Assembly: GCF_036802865.1 (NCBI RefSeq) | Contig: NZ_DAIRVK010000001.1 | Coordinates: 667,341-731,340, forward strand | Length of the DNA stretch: 64,000 nt | Source of the DNA: Sulfurospirillum sp. | Lineage (GTDB): Bacteria; Campylobacterota; Campylobacteria; Campylobacterales; Sulfurospirillaceae | Direction of reading: 5' to 3' | Part shown: piece by piece, positions 27,830 to 37,773 of the stretch | Layout: every line of letters starts with the position of its first letter | How positions within the stretch are numbered: position 1 is the stretch's first letter | Notes under the pieces: model-generated | What the model was told of the DNA's origin: nothing | Seen by the model: the letters and a program-made list of their open reading frames with translations, nothing else | The model's database searches: none | Made by a program: the position numbers and the translations under genes

Positions 27830-30800
27830 ATGAGCGATACAACCTATACCCATTTACATTTACATACCGAATACTCTCTCTTGGATGGTGCCAATAAAAT
27901 AGGCAAATTAGCCAAAAAACTTAAATCCCAAGGCGTGACATCCGTTGCTATAACCGATCACGGTAATATGTTTGGCGCGATTGATTTTTACAAAACGATG
28001 CGTAAAGAGGGCATCAAGCCTATAATCGGTATGGAAGCGTACATTCATAACCAAGATGACATCGGTGATAAAACCACAAAACAACGTTTTCACCTCTGTT
28101 TGTATGCTAAAAATGAAATCGGTTATAAAAACTTGATGTACCTCTCTTCGATGAGTTATATTAAAGGTTTTTACTACTATCCGCGTATTAACAAGCAGAT
28201 TTTAAAAGAGCATTCAGAAGGGCTTATCTGCTCAGGTGCATGTCTGCAAGGTGAAGTCAACTGGCATCTCAATCTTAACAACAAACGCAACGTTCAATTT
28301 GGTGCACGTGGTTATGAAAGAGCTAAAGAGATAGCCCTTGAATACAAAGAGATTTTTGGCGAAGATTTTTACCTCGAGATTATGCGTCATGGTATTACCG
28401 ATCAGCATTTTATTGATGACGATATTTTAAAAGTTGCGAAAGAGACAAACATTAAAATCATTGCAACCAATGACACCCATTACCTAGAACAAGACAATGC
28501 CGAAGCGCACGAGGCATTTATGTGTATTGCAATGAATAAAGAGTTTGATGACCCTAACCGTTTGCGTCACTCTGTCCATGAGTTTTATGTAAAATCTCCT
28601 GCCGCGATGAGCGACCTTTTTGCGGACATTCCTGAAGCCATTTCCAATACGCAAGAGATCGTTGAGAAGTGTAATTTGGAGATCAAACTGGGTGATCCTA
28701 CGCCTCCAAAATTTAAGTTTATGAAAGAGTATGCCGCCAAAGAAGGGCTTAGTTTTGAGAGCGATGATGACTTTTTTGCGTATCACTGTCGCAAAGGACT
28801 TGAAAAACGTCTTGTGCATGTGGATGAAGCGAAACATGAAGAGTATAAAGCGAGACTTGAACGTGAGATTAAAATTATTTGCGATATGAAATTTCCTGGC
28901 TACATGCTGATCGTTTGGGATTTTATTCGTGAAGCAAAAGACAGAGGTGTTCCTGTAGGTCCGGGACGGGGTTCGGCGGCAGGTAGTTTGGTTGCGTATT
29001 CACTTTTTATTACCGACATTGACCCAATGCCCTACAACCTGCTCTTTGAGAGGTTTTTGAATCCTGAACGTATTAGTATGCCCGATATCGATATTGACTT
29101 TTGTCAAAGCAGACGTGGCGAAATTATCGACTATGTGGTGGAAAAATACGGTCGCTATAATGTGGCTCAGGTTATTACCTTTGGTAAGCTTTTGGCAAAG
29201 GGAGTTATTCGCGATGTGGCGCGTGTTTTGGCTATTCCTTACGCAGAGGCCGATGCTATGGCGAAACTCATCCCTGACGAGCTTGGTATTACGCTTAATG
29301 GCATTGGGGTTGAGGGCGAAGAGGGGTATAAAGGTGGTGCATACCAAAAAGAGCCAAAACTTCGTGAACTCATCGAAAGTAGCCCTAAAATGCAGCGTGT
29401 GTGGAAGTTTGCACTTGCTCTTGAAGGACTGAATCGAAACTCAGGAATGCATGCGGCAGGTGTGGTTATCAGTGATGAAGAGTTGTGGCATAAAACACCA
29501 CTTTATCAGCCTTCCGGTGAAGACCATTTGGTCACACAGTATTCACTCAATTACCTTGAAGATGTTGATCTCATTAAGTTTGACTTCTTGGGTCTGAAGA
29601 CCCTTACGGTGATTGACAATGCACTCAAACTCATTAAACTTCGCTATAAAAAAGAGATTGACTTTACGACGATTGATATGAATGACCCTAAAGTGTATGA
29701 GTTGATTCAAAGTGGCGATACAGTAGGGCTTTTCCAGATTGAATCCAGCGGTATGCAATCACTCAATGAGCGTCTCAAACCAACCAGCTTTGAAGATCTT
29801 ATTGCGGTCTTGGCGTTGTACCGTCCAGGTCCGATGGAATCAGGCATGCTCGATGACTTTATCGACCGAAAAAACGGTAGAAAAGAGATCAGCTACTTCT
29901 TTGATGAATTTACAGAGCCCCTTCGCCCGATCTTAGAGCCAACCTATGGGGTTATTGTTTATCAAGAACAGGTTATGCAGATCGTTCAGTCCATCGGTGG
30001 TTTTAGCCTTGGCGAAGCGGATTTGATTCGTCGTGCGATGGGTAAGAAAAAGATCGACTATATGAAGCAAAAAGCCGAAGAGTTCGCACAAGGTGCCGTC
30101 AATCAAGGGCTGGATAGATCACATGCGATTGAGCTTTTTGGTTTAATTGAAAAGTTTGCGGGATACGGTTTTAACAAATCACACTCCGCGGCATATGCCA
30201 TGGTTACGTTTGAGACGGCGTATCTTAAATGCTATTATCCCCAAGAGTTTATGGCGGCGTTACTTACTTCAGAGCAGGACAATACCGATAAAATTGTAAA
30301 GTACATTGATGAGGTGAAACGCTTAGGGCTTAAACTTTTACCACCAAGCATTCAGCACAGTTTGATCGAATTTAGTGCCATTACGGATAGCGATGGCGAA
30401 GAAGCAATCCTTTTTGGAATGGGCGCTATCAAAGGTGTGGGTAATGCTGCGATTAGCAAAATATTAGAGGCAAGAGCAGATGCTCCGTTTGCCGATATGA
30501 GTGATTTTATTTCACGCATTGACAGCTCTAAAGTGAATAAAAAAGTACTTGAATCCTTCATAAAATCGGGTAGTTTTGATGACTTTGGACATACCAGACG
30601 AGCTCTTTTAGAAAATATTGATACGATCATTGATGCGAGTGCTGAATGCAGTCGTGCTAAAAAAATGGCAGAGTATTCGCTCTTTGGCGATATGGCTGAG
30701 ATGACGACGGTGCAAGTAAGTATCGAAAATATCCCAGAATTTGATAACAAACGAATGCTAGAACTTGAAAAAGAGACCATTGGTTTTTACATTTCAGGTC

Positions 30801-31375
30801 ATCCTCTTGATGCGTTTAGAGCGGAAATTGATGAGATGAATTACACCCTTTCCAGCGAACGTGATCAGATTGAAGATGGAAGTAAAGCCCTATTTATAGG
30901 CAAAGTTGAGGGTATTACTGAAAAGATAAGTAAAAAAGGCAACAAGTTTGGCATCATCTCTTTGATGGATTTTCATGGTTCAATGGAATTGACTGTTTTT
31001 GAAAAACAACTCGAAGCGCTTTCTCGAATGGATATTGAAAAACCGCTCTGTTTTAAAGTAGAAGTCACCAATGATGGTCAAAATGCGAAGATTCGCGTTA
31101 TGAAAATCATGGAGCTAAATGAGGCTAAAAAAGAGAAAATTGAGACCAAAGTCATTGAAGTACCCTTGGATCCAAAAGTGCTTTTGATTGATCTGTGTGA
31201 TGACACTACAAAGCTCGAACTCTTGTATCAGTTAGTGCGCCAAAGCTCAGGTCGCAGACCATTGCATCTTATCATTACCTCAAAATTGCAAGATGTTGTG
31301 ATTGAAACAGGTTTTGGTGTCGATGATAGTTTTGATGAAAAAATCACACAATTAGAGTATGTAAAGGTTGTCTAG
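27830..31375 (+). CDS. dnaE: DNA polymerase III alpha subunit
   Basis: 1181 aa. It has a PHP domain N-terminus (HLHLHTEYSLLDG), the polymerase core (PDIDIDF, GLLKFDFLGL-like FDFLGLKTL) and a C-terminal OB fold. Confidence 0.98.
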   Translation: MSDTTYTHLHLHTEYSLLDGANKIGKLAKKLKSQGVTSVAITDHGNMFGAIDFYKTMRKEGIKPIIGMEAYIHNQDDIGDKTTKQRFHLCLYAKNEIGYKNLMYLSSMSYIKGFYYYPRINKQILKEHSEGLICSGACLQGEVNWHLNLNNKRNVQFGARGYERAKEIALEYKEIFGEDFYLEIMRHGITDQHFIDDDILKVAKETNIKIIATNDTHYLEQDNAEAHEAFMCIAMNKEFDDPNRLRHSVHEFYVKSPAAMSDLFADIPEAISNTQEIVEKCNLEIKLGDPTPPKFKFMKEYAAKEGLSFESDDDFFAYHCRKGLEKRLVHVDEAKHEEYKARLEREIKIICDMKFPGYMLIVWDFIREAKDRGVPVGPGRGSAAGSLVAYSLFITDIDPMPYNLLFERFLNPERISMPDIDIDFCQSRRGEIIDYVVEKYGRYNVAQVITFGKLLAKGVIRDVARVLAIPYAEADAMAKLIPDELGITLNGIGVEGEEGYKGGAYQKEPKLRELIESSPKMQRVWKFALALEGLNRNSGMHAAGVVISDEELWHKTPLYQPSGEDHLVTQYSLNYLEDVDLIKFDFLGLKTLTVIDNALKLIKLRYKKEIDFTTIDMNDPKVYELIQSGDTVGLFQIESSGMQSLNERLKPTSFEDLIAVLALYRPGPMESGMLDDFIDRKNGRKEISYFFDEFTEPLRPILEPTYGVIVYQEQVMQIVQSIGGFSLGEADLIRRAMGKKKIDYMKQKAEEFAQGAVNQGLDRSHAIELFGLIEKFAGYGFNKSHSAAYAMVTFETAYLKCYYPQEFMAALLTSEQDNTDKIVKYIDEVKRLGLKLLPPSIQHSLIEFSAITDSDGEEAILFGMGAIKGVGNAAISKILEARADAPFADMSDFISRIDSSKVNKKVLESFIKSGSFDDFGHTRRALLENIDTIIDASAECSRAKKMAEYSLFGDMAEMTTVQVSIENIPEFDNKRMLELEKETIGFYISGHPLDAFRAEIDEMNYTLSSERDQIEDGSKALFIGKVEGITEKISKKGNKFGIISLMDFHGSMELTVFEKQLEALSRMDIEKPLCFKVEVTNDGQNAKIRVMKIMELNEAKKEKIETKVIEVPLDPKVLLIDLCDDTTKLELLYQLVRQSSGRRPLHLIITSKLQDVVIETGFGVDDSFDEKITQLEYVKVV

Positions 31376-31388
31376 CCTTTACATACTC
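31355..31388. terminator. Bidirectional hairpin GAGTATGTAAAGG-ttgtctag-CCTTTACATACTC
   Basis: The 13-bp perfect stem spans the dnaE stop codon (31373-31375) and lies 6 nt from the end of the convergent kinase gene. Confidence 0.6.
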
Positions 31389-31393
31389 ATGTT

Positions 31394-32410
31394 TTATTTT
31401 GGAATTCTAATTTCAAAGCCTTTGGGGTCTTCCAGTAGATTGATTTTGCCATTGTGAGCTTGAATGATTTGTAAAGAAAGAGCCAAGCCTAAACCATTTC
31501 CTTTGGTTTTGGTTGTTTTAAAAGGCTCAAAAAGTATATTTTTATTTTCAATAGGTTTTCCATCATCTTTAACATGTAGGATGACACATTCAGTGTCTTC
31601 TACAAAAGAAATGCTGACATTGCCACTCTCTTTTTCGCACTCTTCAATCGCATCAATCGCATTAAAAATAAAGTTTTGAAGTACTAAATTGAGAAGTTCA
31701 AAATCAGCTTTGATCTCGACATGTGGTAAGTCAAAATGATAGGCAACATCTTTGGTGTAAGAGTAGTGTGAAATGGCCTGTTCGCACTCTTTAATCAGAC
31801 GATCAACGTAGAAAAAGCTTGGATTGATTTGCACACTTTTCGTAAAGAGAAGGGTCGCTTTAATAATGCGTTCCACGCGCCAAATCGCTTTTTTGATCTC
31901 TGTAACAAGAGGTTTAACACTAGGATCTACTTTTTTGAGAAGCGTTGATGCAAGCAGTGAAACCGAACCTATTGGATTTCGGATTTCGTGCGAGAGATGT
32001 GCGGCAACTTGCCCCATAGAAACAAGGCGCTCTTGGCGTTTTCCTTCTGTAATGTCGGTAGCTGTAATGATTTTTTTATCACTTTTAGTGACGCTCTTAA
32101 TCAGGTAAGATCGCCCTTCAAAATCAATTTCATTTGCTTCATCCAGCGATAAACCTTCCAAAATAGCACCCATTTTTTTGGCTTCGCTGTTTTGTAAAAA
32201 GATGGCACCATCCTCATCAAAAACCCATAACGCATTGGGTTGCACTTCGATAATTTGACGAATAAAATCTTGCAAAGAGGAATAAGATTCATTTAGCTTT
32301 TTGTACTCATCTTCAATAACATAGGTTTGGTTGATAAGATCTTCCAACCCTTGTTTAAAGAGCTCTTTTTCTTTGGCACTAAGGCTGTTGAGCAAATTTT
32401 CATCAATCAT
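31394..32410 (-). CDS. Cytoplasmic PAS sensor histidine kinase (NtrB/FlgS-like), with no adjacent response regulator
   Basis: 338 aa with no TM helix. It has a PAS-like N-terminus, the H-box AAHLSHEIRNPIGSV, and N/G boxes (NAIDA, GNGLGL). Confidence 0.88.
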   Translation of the reverse strand: MIDENLLNSLSAKEKELFKQGLEDLINQTYVIEDEYKKLNESYSSLQDFIRQIIEVQPNALWVFDEDGAIFLQNSEAKKMGAILEGLSLDEANEIDFEGRSYLIKSVTKSDKKIITATDITEGKRQERLVSMGQVAAHLSHEIRNPIGSVSLLASTLLKKVDPSVKPLVTEIKKAIWRVERIIKATLLFTKSVQINPSFFYVDRLIKECEQAISHYSYTKDVAYHFDLPHVEIKADFELLNLVLQNFIFNAIDAIEECEKESGNVSISFVEDTECVILHVKDDGKPIENKNILFEPFKTTKTKGNGLGLALSLQIIQAHNGKINLLEDPKGFEIRIPK

Positions 32411-32479
32411 TTTTGATTCCTATCATCGCTTTAAAGGTTTATAAAGGGTATAATACCCGAAAATTTTTGGATAAAAGTC

Positions 32480-33742
32480 GTGCAAGCAATACGTAAAAAT
32501 ATTATTAAAGATAAAAATCTTCTCTATTTTGACTATACGGCATCTGGACAAGGGTATAAACCGATTGAAAAGCAGATGCAAGATATACTTAAAACCTATG
32601 CGAACACCCATTCTGAAGTCGCTTCAAATGCCGTTAAAACAAGCAATTATTATGCCAAAGCACGCAGTGATCTAAAGTTTGCCCTTGAAATTGATGAGAG
32701 TTTTTATCTGTTTCCTTGTGGAACAGGTGCAACGGGCGCGATTAAAAAATTTCAAGAACTCATGGGAATTTACATTCCTCCAAGGACACTGAAACGCTAC
32801 GGACATAAACCTGAAAATCTTCCTGTTGTTTTTGTAGGACCTTATGAACATCACTCCAATGAACTCAGTTTTCGTGAAGGGTTATGTGAAGTCATCCGTG
32901 TACCTTTAGATCAAGATGAAAAAATCGATATGGCGTTTTTGCAGACACATCTTGAATCGTATAAAGAACGCGAAATTATTGCCTCTTTTTCTGTTGCTTC
33001 TAATGTAACAGGTATTGTTAGCGACTATAAAAGCCTTTACACACTTATTAAACGCTATAACGGCATTTTATGCCTTGATGCAGCGGCTGCTTCTGCTTAC
33101 ATTAACATTGATTGTAATTACTATGATGCACTTTTCCTTTCACCTCATAAACTTTTGGGTGGTGTTGGATCATGCGGTATTTTAGTGATGAAAAAAGAGC
33201 TGTGTACTGAAAAAACGCCTACATTTGCAGGCGGTGGAACGGTAGGGTATGTTTCTCGCACATCGCATGATTTTTTAAGTGACATTGAGCTCATTGAAGA
33301 TGCTGGAACACCTGCTATTTTGCAGTTTATTAAAGCGTCACTCGCGTATAAACTCCGCAATGAAATAGGGCTAGAAAAAATCCATGCTCTTGAAGAGGAG
33401 TTGAAGTTTTATTTTGGTTCTCGTGTACGTGGCATTGATGGTGTTAAGCTCTATTGCAAATATTCACAAGATAAATTACCTATTTTTTCACTCAATTTTG
33501 AAGGAATCAATCCTTATACCATTTCGCAGTATCTCTCCGATCATTTTGGGATTCAAACCAGAGCAGGATGCAGTTGTGCTGGTCCATACGGGCATGACCT
33601 GCTTCATCTTGAAGATGGTCAAAGTTTTGATGAAAAACCAGGTTGGCTTCGCATTACTATTCATTACACACATACAAAAAAAGAGATAGATGCTCTTTTA
33701 AAAGCAATTGAAAAAGCTGTAAAAGCATTATCTAAATCCTAG
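32480..33742 (+). CDS. Class V aminotransferase / cysteine desulfurase-like PLP enzyme
   Basis: 420 aa with a GTG start. It contains YFDYTASG, a PLP-lysine motif SPHKLLGG, and C-terminal GIQTRAGCSCAG. Confidence 0.82.
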   Translation: MQAIRKNIIKDKNLLYFDYTASGQGYKPIEKQMQDILKTYANTHSEVASNAVKTSNYYAKARSDLKFALEIDESFYLFPCGTGATGAIKKFQELMGIYIPPRTLKRYGHKPENLPVVFVGPYEHHSNELSFREGLCEVIRVPLDQDEKIDMAFLQTHLESYKEREIIASFSVASNVTGIVSDYKSLYTLIKRYNGILCLDAAAASAYINIDCNYYDALFLSPHKLLGGVGSCGILVMKKELCTEKTPTFAGGGTVGYVSRTSHDFLSDIELIEDAGTPAILQFIKASLAYKLRNEIGLEKIHALEEELKFYFGSRVRGIDGVKLYCKYSQDKLPIFSLNFEGINPYTISQYLSDHFGIQTRAGCSCAGPYGHDLLHLEDGQSFDEKPGWLRITIHYTHTKKEIDALLKAIEKAVKALSKS

Positions 33743-33753
33743 CTATCATCTAT

Positions 33754-33792
33754 AGTATGTAAGGTTCAAGTCGTATTTAAACCTTACATACT
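33754..33792 (+). terminator. Rho-independent terminator AGTATGTAAGGTT-N13-AACCTTACATACT followed by a T-tract
   Basis: The 13-bp perfect stem lies 12 nt after the stop and is followed by tcttttcctttttttt. Confidence 0.75.
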
Positions 33793-33919
33793 TCTTTTCC
33801 TTTTTTTTCACTTTTGTTACTTTTAGTAAATTTTAATATTGATATCACTAGAATAACAGCTTGCACATTTAAAAAAAAATAAAAAATATAGTTTTTCATA
33901 TGAAAAAGGACACTAAGCG

Positions 33920-35740
33920 ATGACGTTAAAAGAGCGTATCAAAAATGAGATGATGGTCATAAAAGCGTTAGGTGTAGTTTATGGAGATATTGGAACAAGT
34001 CCGATTTATACCTTAGCCGTTATTTTTCTCATTGTTCCACCGACTGTTGTGAGTATTTATGGTATTTTATCTTTCGTATTTTGGGCATTAACAATTCTCG
34101 TCACGATTCAATATGCGTGGTTAGCGACGAGTCTAAGCCAAAAAGGAGAGGGTGGCACGGTTGTTTTAATACAGATGCTAACGCCTCATCTTAAGAGTGC
34201 CAAAATGGTTACGATGGTCTCTATTTTAGGCTTTTTAGGTCTTTCTTTAATGATTGGTGATGGTGTTATTACGCCTGCTATTAGTATTCTGAGTGCGGTT
34301 GAAGGTATATTACTGATACCTGCGTATTCAGAACTGCCACAATTAGCACTTTTGGTTTTTGCAGCCTTAATTGCATTTGCTCTTTTTGTGGTTCAGAAAA
34401 AAGGTGTTGAAAAAGTTGCGGCTGCATTTGGTCCCATTATGGTTATTTGGTTCTTGAGCTTAGGTGGGGCTGGTTTGTGGTATGTTAGTCAAGATGCTTC
34501 CATTTTGCATGCTATTAATCCAATGTATGCTATTAATTTTGCACTCGCAAACCCTGCAATTACCTTCATTATTTTAGCCGATATTATTCTTGCAACGACA
34601 GGTGGTGAGGCGTTGTATGCGGACATGGGACATTTAGGTCGTTTGCCTATTCTCAAAGGTTGGATTTTTGCATTTACAGCATTGATTTTAAGCTACTACG
34701 GGCAAGGTGCTTTTTTGTTGACACATCCAGAATCCGTTGGAAGCCCTTTGTTTGAAATGATGCACGAATTTGCCCCTACTTTTTATATTCCTTTTCTTAT
34801 TTTAACAATTATGGCAACGGTCATTGCTTCTCAGGCAATGATTAGTGGTATTTTTTCTGTACTGTATCAAGCGATGACCACACGTATTTTCCCTCATTTT
34901 CGTGTTGAATACACTTCCCATGAATTACGTTCTCAGATCTATGTAGGGTCTATTAACTGGTTCTTATTTGTCTGTGTTATCATCATGCTTTTTGTCTTTA
35001 AAGAATCAGCCAAACTTGCTGCGGCATATGGTTTAGCAGTTGCTGGTGCTATGTCCATTACGGGTGCTTTGATGACGATGATCTTTGCGTACCGTAAAGA
35101 GTGGTTTAAAATGGTTTTTGCTGCCTTATCAGGATCTGTTAGTTTTATCTTTTTCTCATCATGTCTCTTAAAAATTCCTCATGGCGGTTTTTGGTCGCTT
35201 CTAATTGCGGCTGTTCCATTGGCATTTATTGTTCTTTATACCCAAGGGCAAGAGCGTCTTTATTCATCTTTTCATTCGGTTGATAAGGAAAACTTCTTAC
35301 AAGCCTACAAAGACCATTATTCACACGAATCACACATCGAAGGTACTGCACTCTTTTTTGCACGTAAAGCTGAAAATATCCCTGCATATATTCCAAAAAC
35401 CATGTTCCAAAATGGTATTCTTTATAAACAAAATGTGATTGTTAAAGTTAAGCCTACCAATGAACCACTCGGTATTCAAACAGAGTTTAAATCTTTGGCC
35501 GAAGGGCTTGATCTTTTAGTCATTCATGTTGGCTACATGGAAGTCTTTAACATGGAAGAGATTCTTAAAAAAGAAGAGATTCATGAGCGAACCATTTTCT
35601 ATGGTGATGAAGAAATTGTCTCAAAACATTTTGCATGGAAACTCTATGCATTAGTAAAAGATATGTCACCAAGTTTCGTTAGCTTCTATAATTTTCCGCA
35701 AGAAAAGCTTATCGGCGTTTCACGTCGCATTGAAATCTAA
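33920..35740 (+). CDS. kup: KUP/HAK/KT-family potassium uptake transporter
   Basis: 606 aa. It contains ALGVVYGDIGTSPIY and GGEALYADMGH, with 12 TM helices plus a cytoplasmic C-terminal domain. Confidence 0.95.
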   Translation: MTLKERIKNEMMVIKALGVVYGDIGTSPIYTLAVIFLIVPPTVVSIYGILSFVFWALTILVTIQYAWLATSLSQKGEGGTVVLIQMLTPHLKSAKMVTMVSILGFLGLSLMIGDGVITPAISILSAVEGILLIPAYSELPQLALLVFAALIAFALFVVQKKGVEKVAAAFGPIMVIWFLSLGGAGLWYVSQDASILHAINPMYAINFALANPAITFIILADIILATTGGEALYADMGHLGRLPILKGWIFAFTALILSYYGQGAFLLTHPESVGSPLFEMMHEFAPTFYIPFLILTIMATVIASQAMISGIFSVLYQAMTTRIFPHFRVEYTSHELRSQIYVGSINWFLFVCVIIMLFVFKESAKLAAAYGLAVAGAMSITGALMTMIFAYRKEWFKMVFAALSGSVSFIFFSSCLLKIPHGGFWSLLIAAVPLAFIVLYTQGQERLYSSFHSVDKENFLQAYKDHYSHESHIEGTALFFARKAENIPAYIPKTMFQNGILYKQNVIVKVKPTNEPLGIQTEFKSLAEGLDLLVIHVGYMEVFNMEEILKKEEIHERTIFYGDEEIVSKHFAWKLYALVKDMSPSFVSFYNFPQEKLIGVSRRIEI

Positions 35741-35755
35741 GTACCTGCTTTCTAA

Positions 35756-35783
35756 GCTTCTAGGAGGAGTATTTCCTAGAAGC
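35756..35783 (+). terminator. Hairpin after kup (GCTTCTAGGA-N8-TCCTAGAAGC)
   Basis: A 10-bp perfect stem lies 16 nt after the kup stop; the T-tract is weak. Confidence 0.4.
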
Positions 35784-35933
35784 ATTCTTACTGTGTAAAT
35801 TTTACGATTAGTTTATTACTACAAGTGTATTAGGTTGATAAAGAGAGTTTAATAAGTATAGTATATGTAATTGGGCGTTAATGCAGAAGAAGTCTTGAAT
35901 AAAAAATGTCCCAAGCAGGGAGGAGTCGAAAGA

Positions 35934-36413
35934 TTACTTTCGGCTACCTGATTCACTGTATTGTTTTAGACTTTCAAAGTAAGTGTCACGAAGAGCGTTA
36001 ACGTAAGCAGAAGCTCTTTTCGCATCTGTCATAGTAATGAGTGCTTCATTGCCAAATTTATCGCTTACTTTTGAGAGTTCATATGCTAGTTTTGATTTCT
36101 CATTGAGTTTGGTAAGAGCTTTGTAAAATGCTTCATCAATCTCTTTATTTTTGAGTTTGTCATTTTGGTAAAGATAGAGTGCTACACGGTAAACTTCATC
36201 TTTATCGGTACTGTAAACTTCAACATATTCGATAGCATTATCTAAGAGTTTAATATTAAAATAATTTTGATCCTTCGTAACACAGGAAAACTCTGTACAT
36301 TTGAAACCATTGGCTTCTAAATAGACTTTATCTTTGCCAATAAGATCATCTAAAAAACCTGCGAAGAGAGAGAGTTGGGAAACGACTGCTAGAAAAAGTA
36401 ATCCTTTTTTCAT
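35934..36413 (-). CDS. Hypothetical secreted protein
   Basis: 159 aa with a signal peptide MKKGLLFLAVVSQLSLFA. I recognise no family. Confidence 0.6.
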   Translation of the reverse strand: MKKGLLFLAVVSQLSLFAGFLDDLIGKDKVYLEANGFKCTEFSCVTKDQNYFNIKLLDNAIEYVEVYSTDKDEVYRVALYLYQNDKLKNKEIDEAFYKALTKLNEKSKLAYELSKVSDKFGNEALITMTDAKRASAYVNALRDTYFESLKQYSESGSRK

Positions 36414-36464
36414 AACATTTACCTTTGTGTATCAAATTAAACGAATTCAAACTTAAGAAGCAAG

Positions 36465-36541
36465 TGGTGGGTCCTGAGTGGCTCGAACACTCGACCACCC
36501 CGTTATGAGCGGGGTGCTCTAACCAACTGAGCTAAGGACCC
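36465..36541 (-). tRNA. tRNA with CAT anticodon (elongator Met, or Ile2 if lysidine-modified)
   Basis: The reverse complement GGGTCCTTAGCTCAGTTGGTTAGAGCACCCCGCTCATAACGGGGTGGTCGAGTGTTCGAGCCACTCAGGACCCACCA folds by hand.
- Acceptor stem is 7 bp, D stem GCTC/GAGC, anticodon stem CCCCG/CGGGG with loop CTCATAA, and T stem GAGTG/CACTC.
- CCA is encoded.
- The G1-C72 pair argues against an initiator tRNA. Confidence 0.93.
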
Positions 36542-36609
36542 ATTTTAAAGAGTGAAATTCTACCTTTTTTATTGTTAAAAGAAGATAAAAAATAACCTTA
36601 AATAGGGCA

Positions 36610-37716
36610 TTAGAGAGAGTATTTAATTGAGCGATAGGTTGGGTCAAATCTAAATGCTAAAAGATTCTCCAAGATGCCAAAAAGAGCGAAAAAGGTGATA
36701 AAACTACTTCCCCCGTAACTGTAAAAAGGAAGCGGAACGCCGACTACAGGAGCCAGTCCTATGGTCATTGCAATGTTAATACTCATGTAAAAGAAAATGA
36801 GCAGAGAAATCCCACTGGTAATAACTCTAGCAAAGTAGTCGTCTTTGAGAATAAAATTGAGACTTAGCAGATGCATGACCAAAAGAGCATAACAGACAAT
36901 GAGACCAAGCGCACCCCAAAATCCAAGTCGCTCCACCGTATAGGCAAAGATAAAATCACTGGTCGCGATAGGTAAAAATTTGTAATGCGTTTGCGTTGCT
37001 TCGCTACGCTCTTTTCCTGTAAGTCCACCTGATCCAATCGCGATAATAGACTGTTGGACGTGATAGCTTGGTTTCTCAGACATAAAATCAGAGATACGTT
37101 TTTTTTGATAATCATGTAAACCATTGTACATAACTGGGCTACAGATACCTACAACAAGGGCTAGGGTTAACCAAATTTTTTTATTGACGCCAATGACAAA
37201 AAGCGTACCGTAGCCTAGTAAAATCAAAATCATTGCAGTCCCTAAATCAGGCTCTTTTGCAACGAGTACAAATGGAAGCAAAATATAAAAACTGAGTTTA
37301 AAAAAAGATTTCCAGCCATAGCCATTTTCATCCGGTGGATTGTGTTTGATCAGATAGGCAAGCATCAAAATAAAAGCAGGTTTGAAAATTTCTGAGGGTT
37401 GAATGGTAAAATGCACAAATGGAATTTCAAGCCATCTTCTCGCCCCAAGTTTGGCAATACCAAAGAAGTCAACACTGACAAGTAAAATGATCGTTACCCA
37501 ATAAAAAAAAGGGATAACCCACTCGATTTTTTTGATAGGAATAATAAAAAATATAAAAAATGTGAAACAGCCGACGGTATAATATACGAGTTGTTTATTT
37601 GCCAAAGCTGTATTGGCTTCCGAGATAAGATAGTAGGAAAGTACGATGACGGGAATGACGAGTATAGGAATTAAAAAATCAAAATGTGTTAATATGCGCC
37701 TATCAATTTGAAACAC
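36610..37716 (-). CDS. rodA: SEDS-family peptidoglycan polymerase, RodA-like
   Basis: 368 aa with ~10 TM helices. It contains EPDLGTA, GSGGL.GKG-like GSGGLTGKE, and TDFIFA. It sits next to rluD, as in Helicobacter, but RodA versus FtsW is not fully certain. Confidence 0.8.
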   Translation of the reverse strand: MFQIDRRILTHFDFLIPILVIPVIVLSYYLISEANTALANKQLVYYTVGCFTFFIFFIIPIKKIEWVIPFFYWVTIILLVSVDFFGIAKLGARRWLEIPFVHFTIQPSEIFKPAFILMLAYLIKHNPPDENGYGWKSFFKLSFYILLPFVLVAKEPDLGTAMILILLGYGTLFVIGVNKKIWLTLALVVGICSPVMYNGLHDYQKKRISDFMSEKPSYHVQQSIIAIGSGGLTGKERSEATQTHYKFLPIATSDFIFAYTVERLGFWGALGLIVCYALLVMHLLSLNFILKDDYFARVITSGISLLIFFYMSINIAMTIGLAPVVGVPLPFYSYGGSSFITFFALFGILENLLAFRFDPTYRSIKYSL

Positions 37717-37773
37717 TAGATCCCTTTAGAACGTTTTCACAAGTATATCAAAAAATAGAAGAAAGTAGGGTAG

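Noticed and set aside
33793-33923. kup leader: possible riboswitch, the 16-bp perfect palindrome TTTTTCATATGAAAAA (33892-33907), and a 7-codon uORF (MKKDTKR) whose TGA overlaps the kup ATG
   Set aside because: The leader is almost pure A/T with no stable conserved-looking structure. The uORF has no RBS and contains the kup RBS itself. The palindrome is real, but it is made of A/T runs and could arise by chance in this context.
36414-36609. tRNA(CAT) locus as a possible integration hotspot or genomic island border
   Set aside because: There is no integrase, no direct repeat of the tRNA 3' end, and no compositional break. The neighbours are rodA and an ordinary small secreted protein.
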